Assembly: GCA_043741695.1 (NCBI GenBank)
Contig: JAYTZV010000387.1
Span: forward strand, 1-48,837
Direction of reading: 5' to 3'
Length of the DNA stretch: 48,837 nt
Source: Burkholderiales bacterium
Lineage (GTDB): Bacteria > Pseudomonadota > Gammaproteobacteria > Burkholderiales > Burkholderiaceae_D
Shown here: one piece after another, positions 21,330 to 30,832 of the stretch
Layout of the letters: each line of letters opens with the position of its first letter
Numbering within the stretch: the first letter of the stretch is position 1
The notes under the pieces: model-generated
Databases searched by the model: none
Seen by the model: the letters and a program-made list of their open reading frames with translations, nothing else
What the model was told of the DNA's origin: nothing
Position numbers and translations under genes: made by a program

Positions 21330-22627
21330 CAATACACTTCCGGATTCGGGTCAGTTCTTTCGAGCTCAATCGAGGCGGCCAGCAAGGCCAGTCGCGCCAC
21401 CACGCCGTACATATAAAACCGGTTCGGTGCAGTGGTACCAGGCTTGGCATGCATGTCGGGCAATGCATGCTGCTGTGCAAACGCAAGCGGTACGAAGTGT
21501 GCGCCAGGCGCATTCAGATTTTCGTTGATGTCGCGATCAGCATGCACGCGATAAAAGCCGCCGACGACGTAACGGTCAATCATGTAGACCACCGGCTCGG
21601 CGACTGAATCGTTGATGCGCTCGAAGGTATGTACGCCTTCCTGAATGATCACGTTAGTGACTTCGAGACCATCTTTGACTACCGCCATCTTGTTGCGCTG
21701 CTTGCGGTTCAGGTCTTTTACCTCGCTGCCATCCTTGACAGTCATGATGCCCATGCCGTACGTGCCAGCATCGGCCTTGATGATCACGAAAGGCGTTTCC
21801 TTGATGCCGTATTCCTTGTATTTTTTGCGAATCCGCACCAGCAGTGCATCGACTTGGGCGGCCAACGCATCTTCACCGGTATGATCCTGAAAATTAATTT
21901 CACCGCACTTGGCAAAATACGGATTGAGCATCCATGGATCGATGTCGATCATCTTGGAAAACTTTTTGACGACTTCGTCATACGCCGAAAAATGATTGGT
22001 CTTGCGACGAACCGCCCACCCCGCGTGCAACGGTGGCAGCAAGGTCTGCTCGTTCAGATCATTCAAGACCGACGGGATTCCTGCTGATAAATCGTTGTTG
22101 AGCAATACAGTACAGGGATCGAAATTTTTAAGACCAAGCCGTCGACCATTTGCCGAGCGCTCCAACGGCTCCAACGTCAGCGTGGTGCCGTCCGGAAGCT
22201 CGATCGGTTGTGGGCGTTTTAAATCTGGCGACAATGAACCGAGCCGCACATTCAGACCAGTCTGCCGAAAAATTTGCATCAGACGTGCGATGTTTTGCAA
22301 GTAAAACGAGTTGCGTGTGTGTGCCTCGGGAATCAAGAGCAAATTCTTGGCATCGGGACAGTATTTTTCAATCGCTGCCATCGCGGCCTGCACCGCCAGT
22401 GGCAGCATTTCCGGTGCCAGATTATTGAAGCCGCCCGGGAATAAATTGGTATCGACCGGTGCCAGCTTGAAGCCGGCATTGCGAAGATCGACGGAGCAAT
22501 AAAACGGTGGTGTATGTTCTTGCCATTCAAGCCGAAACCATCGCTCGATCGCGGGCGTGGCATCGAGAATTTTCTTTTCAAGGTCGAGCAGCGGACCATT
22601 CAAGGCCGTGACGAGATGCGGAACCAT
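21329..22627 (-). CDS. gshA: Glutamate--cysteine ligase, betaproteobacterial type
   Basis: MVPHLVTALNGP, SVDLRNAGFKLAPVDTNLFPGGFNNL, KADAGTYGMG; adjacent to gshB. Confidence 0.95.
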   Translation of the reverse strand: MVPHLVTALNGPLLDLEKKILDATPAIERWFRLEWQEHTPPFYCSVDLRNAGFKLAPVDTNLFPGGFNNLAPEMLPLAVQAAMAAIEKYCPDAKNLLLIPEAHTRNSFYLQNIARLMQIFRQTGLNVRLGSLSPDLKRPQPIELPDGTTLTLEPLERSANGRRLGLKNFDPCTVLLNNDLSAGIPSVLNDLNEQTLLPPLHAGWAVRRKTNHFSAYDEVVKKFSKMIDIDPWMLNPYFAKCGEINFQDHTGEDALAAQVDALLVRIRKKYKEYGIKETPFVIIKADAGTYGMGIMTVKDGSEVKDLNRKQRNKMAVVKDGLEVTNVIIQEGVHTFERINDSVAEPVVYMIDRYVVGGFYRVHADRDINENLNAPGAHFVPLAFAQQHALPDMHAKPGTTAPNRFYMYGVVARLALLAASIELERTDPNPEVY

Positions 22628-22808
22628 GTAATGCCTTTGGGTGAGCTGGACAGAGTGAAACGACTTAAAGCAGACGACGCAGATACGCGGGTGCGCCGCC
22701 AATTTACCGCGGGCTCGATTTTAACGGTAATCGCCGAAACCGTTTGCCACCGTAAGTCGCGCTTTCACCATCACATCAGGTCGATGGACATATTGTAAAG
22801 TCTGACGG

Positions 22809-22837
22809 AAAAAAAGCGCTCCACGAGGGAGCGCTTT
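22809..22837 (-). terminator. Intrinsic terminator after amtB
   Basis: AAAGCGCTCC-N5-GGAGCGCTTT stem with T7 tail on the minus strand. Confidence 0.85.
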
Positions 22838-22875
22838 CGTTCGCGCCAAATCGACGCGTTTGCAAAACAAATCGA

Positions 22876-24474
22876 TCAGGCGTGATATGCCGATTCGCCG
22901 TGGCTGGAAATATCCAATCCTTCGCGCTCTTCCTCTTCGACCACACGCATGCCGATGACCATGTCGACCAATTTATAAGCGATCAGTGAAACAACGCCTG
23001 ACCAGACGATCGTGGTCAAAACACCTTGCGCCTGAATCCAGAGTTGGCCACTGATTGAGTAATCGGGCGAGATTTTGCCGACAGCGTAATCAAAGATGCC
23101 TTGACCGCCGAGCGATGGCGCTGCGAAAACACCCGTCAGCAAAGCGCCGAGGATACCGCCAACGCCATGTACACCGAACACGTCAAGCGAGTCATCTGCA
23201 CCCAACATGCGTTTAAGACCGTTGACGCCCCAGAGGCAAATCACACCGGCGAGCAAACCAATCGCCAACGCACCCATTGGACCGACAAAGCCGCAGGCTG
23301 GGGTAATCGCTACCAGACCTGCAACTGCGCCAGAAGCGCCACCTAGCATCGATGGCTTGCCTTTCGACATCCACTCACCAAACACCCACGACATCGTTGC
23401 AGCAGCGGTTGCCAGCAGTGTATTAACAAATGCCAGTGCAGCAACGTCGCCTGCCTCAAGTGCCGAGCCAGCGTTGAAACCGAACCAGCCTACCCACAGC
23501 AGTGACGCACCGATCATCGTCATGGTCAGCGAATGCGGCGCCATCGACTCTTTGCCGTAACCGACACGCTTGCCAATGACGTAGGCACCGACCAAACCAG
23601 CGACCGCCGCATTGATGTGCACCACGGTACCGCCTGCGAAATCGAGCGCACCTTTTTGCCACAACCAACCACCTTTAAGCGACTCTGATGCCAGTGTTGC
23701 TGCATCCTTGATGCCATCAGCGCCAGGCCAGAACCAGACCATGTGGGCGATCGGCAGGTACGAAAACGTGAACCACAGCACGATGAAGGCAAGTACGGCA
23801 GAGAACTTGGCACGCTCGGCAAAAGCGCCAATGATCAGACCGCAGGTAATTGCTGCGAAGGTCGCTTGAAAGACGACATAGACGAATTCAGGAATCACAA
23901 CGCCTTTAGTGAAGGTTGCCGCAGTCGCAAAAGTACCCTTGACCGGATCAAAAATTCCGCTCAGGAACAAACGATCAAATTTGCCGATAAATGCATTGCC
24001 TTCGGTGAACGCCAGCGAGTAGCCGTAAATGCACCACAACACGATGATCACGGCGAAGATCATGAATACCTGCATCAGGATCGACAGCATGTTTTTGGAA
24101 CGTACCAAACCGCCGTAAAACAAGGCAAGTCCGGGAATCGTCATCAAAATCACCAGCGCGGTAGCAACCATCATCCAAGCAGTATCGCCCTTGTTAGGAA
24201 CCAGAACCGGAGCAGCGGCAGCTGCTGGAGCCGCAGCAGCGGCTGGAGCGGTGGCGGCAGCGGCTGGAGCGGCGGCAGCAGCAGCTGGCGCTGGAGCTGG
24301 CGCAGCCGGCGCGGCGGCAGGAGCGGAAACGGCAGGTGGTGTTGCAGCAGTTGCAGAAGCAGCAGTCACGTCGGTCTTGGCCGGCGCCTCATCAGCAGCC
24401 AGTACGACGGGAGTAAATCCCACTGCGAACAGCAGTGCCCCGGCGGCCAGCAGGCTTGTTAATTGTTTGTTCAT
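22876..24474 (-). CDS. amtB: Ammonium transporter AmtB with long Ala/Pro-rich N-terminal linker
   Basis: GLALFYGGLVRSKN, DFAGGTVVHI, WFGFNAGS, DDSLDVFGVHG; twin His conserved. Confidence 0.98.
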   Translation of the reverse strand: MNKQLTSLLAAGALLFAVGFTPVVLAADEAPAKTDVTAASATAATPPAVSAPAAAPAAPAPAPAAAAAAPAAAATAPAAAAAPAAAAAPVLVPNKGDTAWMMVATALVILMTIPGLALFYGGLVRSKNMLSILMQVFMIFAVIIVLWCIYGYSLAFTEGNAFIGKFDRLFLSGIFDPVKGTFATAATFTKGVVIPEFVYVVFQATFAAITCGLIIGAFAERAKFSAVLAFIVLWFTFSYLPIAHMVWFWPGADGIKDAATLASESLKGGWLWQKGALDFAGGTVVHINAAVAGLVGAYVIGKRVGYGKESMAPHSLTMTMIGASLLWVGWFGFNAGSALEAGDVAALAFVNTLLATAAATMSWVFGEWMSKGKPSMLGGASGAVAGLVAITPACGFVGPMGALAIGLLAGVICLWGVNGLKRMLGADDSLDVFGVHGVGGILGALLTGVFAAPSLGGQGIFDYAVGKISPDYSISGQLWIQAQGVLTTIVWSGVVSLIAYKLVDMVIGMRVVEEEEREGLDISSHGESAYHA

Positions 24475-24485
24475 GTATTTTCCCC

Positions 24486-24836
<351 letters not shown>

Positions 24837-25589
24837 TTAGAAAGTTTTGCTGACGGTAACCACTAGAGCGGTACGGCCGTTGTCTTTGCCGGATGGCGTC
24901 GAATACGCACCTTTTTTGGCATCTGTACCGATGATGGCGGCGCTTAGACTTGCAATACCGAAGTCTTTGGTGACGCCGACCTTGTAGTCGGTGTAGCTTA
25001 AGTTGCTGCTGCCCTTGATCTGCTGATGACCTGCATGCAAATTCAGTTGGGTGCCTTCGGCAATGTCGATGTTCGCGCCGATATCGACGTAGCCACTGTT
25101 CTTGCTCTTGTCGGTACCGAAAGCATTGGTAACAGTGTTCGAGTATTTGATATAAGCCGGCCCGTAGCCGATCTGGCCGTAGATTTCAGTCGTCGCCGCA
25201 TCAGCTGGCTTCAGATTATTTGATGGGTAGATATAGGTCAACACGCCAACGTCGTAGGAAACATCTTTGACGATCTCACCTCGCTTGCCAGCATAAACGT
25301 CGATTTCGATGTTACCGCCCCCCTTACTGCCATCTGCATTGGTCGTGTCTTTGGTCCACTTGATACTGGACGCCCACGTCCCAATATAGAAACCTGTTGG
25401 GTTGTTGACGAAGTCAGCACCGGCTGAAATTGCGGGCTGCAAACGGCTTTGCGAGACACCGCGGAACCGATAATCAGAGGTCAGTGCGACGTTAAAGGTG
25501 AGTTCGTTGTCAGGCTTCTTGTCTTCTGCGTGGGCAAAATTGGCAGCGAATGCGGCGAAGATAGCAGTGGCTAGTATTATTTTATTCAT
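24837..25589 (-). CDS. TorF-family putative outer-membrane porin (first gene of the glnK-amtB operon, NlmA-like)
   Basis: Signal peptide from ATG 25589, SDYRFRGVSQ, GFYIGTWAS, EIDVYAG, C-terminal Phe (VSKTF). Confidence 0.88.
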   Translation of the reverse strand: MNKIILATAIFAAFAANFAHAEDKKPDNELTFNVALTSDYRFRGVSQSRLQPAISAGADFVNNPTGFYIGTWASSIKWTKDTTNADGSKGGGNIEIDVYAGKRGEIVKDVSYDVGVLTYIYPSNNLKPADAATTEIYGQIGYGPAYIKYSNTVTNAFGTDKSKNSGYVDIGANIDIAEGTQLNLHAGHQQIKGSSNLSYTDYKVGVTKDFGIASLSAAIIGTDAKKGAYSTPSGKDNGRTALVVTVSKTF

Positions 25590-25652
25590 TTGGCGTTTCC
25601 CTAGTGTGTTTGCGGATATGTGACAACAGACCGGCATGTCCAAATCACTGTT

Positions 25653-25668
25653 AGCAGGACTCGTGCCA
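25653..25668 (-). promoter_or_regulatory. Sigma54 (-24/-12) promoter of the porin-glnK-amtB operon
   Basis: Minus strand TGGCACGAGTCCTGCT, with exact GG-N10-GC spacing. Confidence 0.9.
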
Positions 25669-25749
25669 CATCGGCGAGTTAATTAAATGAACAACTGTTT
25701 GTGCGGCGCTAGCATGGCGCACTTTTAAGTGCAGCACATTGAGGACTAA

Positions 25750-25796
25750 CGCACTGTTTTAATGCGCAATAATTTTTAATGCACTACTTTAGTGAT
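25750..25796. promoter_or_regulatory. Tandem NtrC-type upstream activator sites
   Basis: CGCACTGTTTTAATGCG (25750-25766) and TGCACTACTTTAGTGAT (25780-25796) fit GCAC-N7-GTGC with one mismatch each; 30 bp apart and about 80-130 bp upstream of the sigma54 promoter. Confidence 0.75.
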
Positions 25797-25818
25797 TTTC
25801 AACCAGACGAGGATGATC

Positions 25819-26061
25819 ATGGACAAGAGTAATTTCTTTACAGATATGCAAAACAAAATCAACCAGGCAATCGAGAACTCTCCTGCCAAGGATATTGAAA
25901 AAAATGTGAAGGCAATGATGGCGCAAGGCTTTTCAAAGCTGGATTTAGTCACGCGTGAAGAATTCGACGTTCAAGCACAAGTATTGGCAAAGACACGCAC
26001 CAAACTGGAAGCCCTGGAAGCACAAGTCGCCGCACTGGAAGCCCAGTTGACCAAGCAGTAA
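25819..26061 (+). CDS. ubiK: Ubiquinone biosynthesis accessory factor UbiK (BMFP family)
   Basis: KLDLVTREEFDVQAQVLAKTRTKLEALEAQVAALE; GAGGA RBS; conserved glnK/ubiK/comM neighbourhood. Confidence 0.9.
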   Translation: MDKSNFFTDMQNKINQAIENSPAKDIEKNVKAMMAQGFSKLDLVTREEFDVQAQVLAKTRTKLEALEAQVAALEAQLTKQ

Positions 26062-26297
26062 AGATCAAACGCAGAGGACCTTGCCCGGTTCGAGACCACA
26101 AGTAACATTACATGTGGCGCTTATGCTCCATTCTGCGTGAACACTAGTCCACTTGTTAAGCATACCGCTGGGCTTTGTTAGTGCGGCTGTTTTCAGTCGC
26201 TCTCTGCGCCACATCAAATGCTGACCTTGGCGAACGAGGCATAGTTGCGCGCAATACTTGCCAAATAAGTCATTGCCATAGCGGCGATGCAAGCCTG

Positions 26298-27821
26298 ATG
26301 ACGCTAGCCGTTTTAAAGAGCCGTGCCTTGGCGGGCATGGACGCTCCTGAAGTTACCGTTGAAGTCCATCTCGCAAATGGCTTACCTTCTTTTACTATTG
26401 TTGGATTGCCGGAAACAGAGGTTAAGGAATCCAAGGACCGGGTACGTGCTGCATTGCAAAATGCCCGGTTTGAATTTCCTTCCCGCAGAATCACTGTCAA
26501 TCTGGCCCCGGCGGATTTGCCAAAAGAGTCCGGCCGATTCGACCTGCCGATCGCTTTGGGTATTCTCGTCGCTTCCGAGCAAATGCCGGGCAACGAATTG
26601 AACAACTACGAATTCGCCGGCGAATTATCGTTGTCGGGCGAATTGCGACCCATTCGCGGTGCGTTGGCAATGACGTTCGCCATGCATCGAGCGCAGACGG
26701 GCAAGCATCGACCGCGCGGCTTTATTCTGCCGCGTGCCAATGCCGATGAGGCGGCGCTGATGCACGAGGCCTCCATTTATCCCGCGGACTCGTTGTTGCA
26801 GGTGTGTGCCCACTTCGCTGCAGGCAGCCATGCCAATCGCTTGCAGCAACACCGCTGCGAGATCGCGCCGATAAACATACGTTGCGAAGACTTCGCCGAA
26901 GTTAAAGGGCAATTGCAGCCAAAACGTGCACTGGAAGTCGCCGCCGCGGGAGGCCACAGCGTATTAATGGCAGGTCCACCCGGCAGCGGCAAGTCGATGC
27001 TGGCGTCGCGTTTTGCCGGAATTCTGCCACCGATGACCGATCAGGAAGCGCTGGAATCGGCGGCGGTGCAGTCGCTGACCGGCGGATTCAACATCGCGCG
27101 CTGGAAAGTCAGGCCCTTCCGCGCCCCACACCATACTGCCTCAGGTGTGGCGCTGGTCGGCGGTGGAAACACGCCGCGCCCGGGCGAAATTTCACTGGCG
27201 CATCGCGGCGTACTTTTCCTCGATGAATTGCCCGAATTCGATCGCCGCGTGCTCGAGGTATTGCGTGAACCACTTGAATCCGGACGAATCACAATTTCGC
27301 GTGCGGCCCGTCAGGCGGATTTTCCGGCGCGGTTTCAGCTAATTGCAGCAATGAATCCCTGTCCGTGCGGATATTACGGTCATCCCGCCAATCGCTGCCG
27401 TTGCCAAGTCGAACAGGTACACCGCTATCAAAACCGCATCTCCGGCCCGCTGCTCGACCGGATCGACATGCAGATCACTGTTGCGGCACTGCCGCATGAC
27501 GATTTGCTGAAACCGTCTCGCGGCGAGACGTCCGCCTGTATTGCACAACGCGTTGCAGTGGCATATGCAGTGCAGCTGGCGCGGGCCGGCAAATGCAACC
27601 ATTTATTGAATCCGGCCGAAGTTGAGTCGTATTGCCAACCAGAATCGCGCGCAGCTCAACTTTTGCAGGCAGCAATGCGCAAATTAGACTGGTCGGCCCG
27701 TTCCTGTCATCGCGTGCTCAAGGTCGCTCGCACCATCGCTGATCTGGCAGGCAGCGCGCAGATTGACCATCCGCATATGGCAGAAGCAATTCAATATCGG
27801 CGAGCCATGCGCGAGCGCTGA
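26298..27821 (+). CDS. comM: YifB/ComM-family Mg-chelatase-like AAA+ ATPase
   Basis: NLAPADLPKE, GPPGSGKSM, PFRAPHH, GEISLAHRGVLFLDE, AAMNPCPCG, SGPLLDRID. Confidence 0.93.
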   Translation: MTLAVLKSRALAGMDAPEVTVEVHLANGLPSFTIVGLPETEVKESKDRVRAALQNARFEFPSRRITVNLAPADLPKESGRFDLPIALGILVASEQMPGNELNNYEFAGELSLSGELRPIRGALAMTFAMHRAQTGKHRPRGFILPRANADEAALMHEASIYPADSLLQVCAHFAAGSHANRLQQHRCEIAPINIRCEDFAEVKGQLQPKRALEVAAAGGHSVLMAGPPGSGKSMLASRFAGILPPMTDQEALESAAVQSLTGGFNIARWKVRPFRAPHHTASGVALVGGGNTPRPGEISLAHRGVLFLDELPEFDRRVLEVLREPLESGRITISRAARQADFPARFQLIAAMNPCPCGYYGHPANRCRCQVEQVHRYQNRISGPLLDRIDMQITVAALPHDDLLKPSRGETSACIAQRVAVAYAVQLARAGKCNHLLNPAEVESYCQPESRAAQLLQAAMRKLDWSARSCHRVLKVARTIADLAGSAQIDHPHMAEAIQYRRAMRER

Positions 27822-27914
27822 ACCGGCCGTGACCTATGCGATAGCGGCAAATCTGCAGGTTGAATTCGTTGCGAGTCTGGCTGACTAATGGCTGAGGCTG
27901 CTACCATGCGGCTT

Positions 27915-28463
27915 ATGAAAAATTTGTTTCGCTGGAGATGCTCAGCAAGTTCGGCAATCATCTGGTCGTCGAGTATGCCAGTACTTGCCCTACTGCTGGC
28001 TGGCTGTACGCCGAGCCATGACTGGCGTGAAACCCGCGGCGATTCTGCGCCTTACACCGTGCTGCTGCCAGCGAAGCCCGCCAGCCAGACACGTCAGATC
28101 ATGCTTTCCGGCACGGCAGTGGCGATGACAATGACGTCAGCCGAGGTCGACCACGTCACTTATGCAATCGGCAGCGTCGTAACGGCCGATCCGGTGGCAG
28201 CAAAAAAAACGATGCTAGCGATGAAATCAGCGCTGGTCGGACATGTCGACGGTGCGGTCGTAAAAGAACGTGCAGTCGAAAGCGGTGATGTCAGTCAGAT
28301 CGATCTGGATGCCACTGGCTCGCCAAAAGGCGAATCGCGCGTTGTCGCAGCACGTTTTGTGGCGCATGACCGCTTTGCTTATCAGGCAATTGTGACGGGA
28401 CCGGCAAAATTCGTATCGCGCGATAACATCGATACTTTCATGACCTCGTTCAAAGTGAAATAA
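27915..28463 (+). CDS. Putative lipoprotein of unknown function
   Basis: Lipobox LLAGC followed by TPSHDWRE and a C-terminal FMTSFK; start uncertain (27888/27906/27915/27975). Confidence 0.75.
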   Translation: MKNLFRWRCSASSAIIWSSSMPVLALLLAGCTPSHDWRETRGDSAPYTVLLPAKPASQTRQIMLSGTAVAMTMTSAEVDHVTYAIGSVVTADPVAAKKTMLAMKSALVGHVDGAVVKERAVESGDVSQIDLDATGSPKGESRVVAARFVAHDRFAYQAIVTGPAKFVSRDNIDTFMTSFKVK

Positions 28464-28576
28464 TACGAGAGGTAGCGAGTGTGGCAGTCGAAGGCTTCCT
28501 TGCGCTAAAAGCTATTCTGTTTTAAACCTCGTCTCATGTTATTTTCAGATAACTCTGTTCATCAAGGAAATTTGTA

Positions 28577-28921
28577 ATGCTGATTACCTTTAAATCTAAA
28601 GCGGCTGCCGAAGTCACCATGTATGAAGTGCACGCCAAGCGCTTTCTCGACCTGTTGCACAAAGACGTTACGCGCGGCGTGATAACTGCAGCAGAAACCG
28701 GAAACGCACTGCAAGTGCTGGAAGCGCAGGTGGCAGCCAATCGTTTGCATCCGGAATCAGACAACCTCGAACACGACATTAATGCCCATCATGGCGATAA
28801 CGGCGATGACAATGGTCATGAGCCTACACAGTCAGTCAGCCTGGCGGCGCGCGCCTACCCGCTCATCGAAATGATCAAGGCCGCACATGCTGGTAACAAC
28901 GACATTCTGTGGGGCGTGTGA
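28577..28921 (+). CDS. DUF1840-family protein
   Basis: MLITFKSKAAAEVTM..., VSLAARAYPLIEM, C-terminal ILWGV; AAGGA RBS. Confidence 0.88.
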   Translation: MLITFKSKAAAEVTMYEVHAKRFLDLLHKDVTRGVITAAETGNALQVLEAQVAANRLHPESDNLEHDINAHHGDNGDDNGHEPTQSVSLAARAYPLIEMIKAAHAGNNDILWGV

Positions 28922-29127
28922 GGCTCCATATTGGGCTCGGGCTGCGCGCGCTATCTTTTAAACGTAATCCGGAGTCTGATACCGCTCTTTGATTACCTGA
29001 TGCCTGCTGATGCGTGGCGCACGCGCCGCGTCTATGCGGGTAAAGAGGTGCACATTTCGTCACGGATATGCGTTTCGTATTTTCGTGCTTAAGCTACGCG
29101 CGATAAACCGCACCTGCACAACATTTA

Positions 29128-29143
29128 TGTGAGACGCAGCACA
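29128..29143. promoter_or_regulatory. CRP/FNR-family-like site upstream of the ClpP paralog
   Basis: TGTGA-GACGCA-GCACA versus TGTGA-N6-TCACA; centre lies 29.5 bp before candidate -10 TAACGT (29165-29170), which is class II geometry. Confidence 0.5.
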
Positions 29144-29203
29144 GTTCCCTTGAGAGCAGTACGGTAACGTCAACTTACCTGAACTGAATTCCGAGGGAAA
29201 ACC

Positions 29204-29755
29204 ATGAACGAAATGCGCACGCACGCGGGGTATTACACGCTATCCGGCGATGTAAATAACGATATGGTTCGCCGCGTGTTCGACGCAGTCGAGATCATGA
29301 CCGCAGATGGCACCCAAACCGCGCATATTTTGCTGCAATCGAATGGCGGCTATGTCAGCGACGGAATTTGTTTGTACAACATGCTTAGTCACCTGCCAAT
29401 CGATCTCGTGATGTACAACTGCGGCGCGGTTTCTTCGATTGCAGTTACTTTATTTCTCGCAGCGGAATACCGGATCGCTAGCGATACTGCCCGCTTCATG
29501 CTGCACAAATCCCATGCAAATGCACCAGCCGGTTCGCGTCCAGAGGCACTGAAGATTATCGCAGATGGACTGATGGCCGATGATCGTCGTACCGAAACCA
29601 TTCTGCACCGCCACGTCCGACTGCCTCAGGCAATGTGGAATGTGCATGCAAACGCTGACTTGCATTTGGCTTCGCCCGAGGCACTTGATGTCGGCCTGAT
29701 TCATCACATCGGTAATTTTTCGCCTCCGGCAGGGGTCCAAATCCACCATATGTAA
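29204..29755 (+). CDS. Stand-alone ClpP-family (S14) peptidase paralog
   Basis: LQSNGGYV, AVSSIA (Ser), RFMLH (His), ADLHLASPEALDVGLI (Asp); GAGGG RBS. Confidence 0.88.
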   Translation: MNEMRTHAGYYTLSGDVNNDMVRRVFDAVEIMTADGTQTAHILLQSNGGYVSDGICLYNMLSHLPIDLVMYNCGAVSSIAVTLFLAAEYRIASDTARFMLHKSHANAPAGSRPEALKIIADGLMADDRRTETILHRHVRLPQAMWNVHANADLHLASPEALDVGLIHHIGNFSPPAGVQIHHM

Positions 29756-29784
29756 AAAAAGCGCATCGGCGGGATGCGCTTTTT
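29754..29784. terminator. Bidirectional intrinsic terminator
   Basis: A7-GCGCATC-GGCGG-GATGCGC-T5 between convergent genes. Confidence 0.88.
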
Positions 29785-29820
29785 CAAAAACTGCGATCAA
29801 ACGCTCCTGATCTGACCAGA

Positions 29821-30141
29821 CTACTTATCGTTCTTGTGACTCTGGCGGCCTGCTTCTACATGCTGTTCATGCGTGCCGCCTTGCGTCGAGCCGGAACGCG
29901 AGCCCGATTGCTTGCTTCCGCCTGAGACGCCACCAGAGCGTGATCCACCGTCTTGCTGCGAACCATCGTTCTTATGGCTTTGGCGGCCGGCTTCAACATG
30001 TTGCTCGTGCGTCCCGCCTTGCGACCCGGAATTGCGACTAGACGAGCCACCACTGCCCGACTGGTTATTGCCGGAACCGCCGCTCAATCCCTGATTACTC
30101 TTTTCCTTGTCTTTATCCTTGTCTTTCTGATTCGAGGCCAT
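29821..30141 (-). CDS. Gly/Ser-rich hydrophilin-like stress protein with a duplicated QGGTHEQHVEAGRQSHKND motif
   Basis: 106 aa, low complexity, two exact 19-aa repeats; AAGGA RBS; resembles small general-stress repeat proteins. Confidence 0.82.
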   Translation of the reverse strand: MASNQKDKDKDKEKSNQGLSGGSGNNQSGSGGSSSRNSGSQGGTHEQHVEAGRQSHKNDGSQQDGGSRSGGVSGGSKQSGSRSGSTQGGTHEQHVEAGRQSHKNDK

Positions 30142-30489
30142 GATATTTTCCTTTAAAGTTGATCAGCGAAACTGTCTTAAAAGATGGCACTGAGGCATCG
30201 TTACGCACGACGAAAATGTCAAAGCTGCGGCGTCATTGCCAACGACAGAAAGTTAATCATGATCATTCCGACAAGCAGCCGATATAGGACGACGGATTGA
30301 ATCTGTGTCAGACAGCACACCAGTCAATGACGGATATATTGAAGTGCATTTGAGAAAGGTGCGGTATGGTTGGCAATCCGGGACATGCGCTGCTGAGACC
30401 TGTCAGACAAGCCTTAGCTGTACATACTGACCGGCACAGCGATAACCGCGCAGGACGGACCAAACACACTAGCCCGAGGGCAGGCCGCA

Positions 30490-30816
30490 CTAGACATTCT
30501 GGCTCTCTGCGAAGCTCGCTGCGGCAGTCAATTGTTCCGCAAAAATACGCGCATCGTTCACCGACATCTCGCGACAACAGTCGCCACTCCAGATGCGGAC
30601 AACCGCAAAATGCTGTTGTGCGGATATCTGCATCGCATTGGGGGAAGCCTTGAATACGCCTCGATTGCGAACGTCAATCGAAGGGCCGAATCGCGTTGCG
30701 ATCCGTGACGGCAGGGCGGAGGAAGATACCGATGGATGCGCCGCAGATGACAATGAATTGGCCTTGTCTGGCGAACAGAAAGAAGATGTTTCCGTTGGTG
30801 TAGAAAGCGGATGCAT
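30490..30816 (-). CDS. Orphan 108-aa protein under a LexA-box promoter
   Basis: AAGGAG RBS 5 nt before ATG 30816; Ser/Pro-rich N-terminus and globular-looking C-terminus (IATRFGPSIDV...EMSVNDARIFAEQLTAAASFAE). Confidence 0.75.
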   Translation of the reverse strand: MHPLSTPTETSSFCSPDKANSLSSAAHPSVSSSALPSRIATRFGPSIDVRNRGVFKASPNAMQISAQQHFAVVRIWSGDCCREMSVNDARIFAEQLTAAASFAESQNV

Positions 30817-30832
30817 AAAGGCTCCTTGAAAT

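Noticed and set aside
25719-25732. GCACTTTTAAGTGC palindrome as a third NtrC site
   Set aside because: The spacer is N6, whereas NtrC sites need N7.
26062-26297. Inverted repeats in the ubiK-comM spacer (ATGTGGCGC/GCGCCACAT, ACGCAGA/TCTGCGT) as an ncRNA
   Set aside because: The helices are short and mutually inconsistent, with no terminator or recognisable family motif.
30418-30433. CTGTACATACTGACCG as a second SOS box
   Set aside because: It ends in CCG instead of the invariant CAG and is not positioned over a recognisable promoter.
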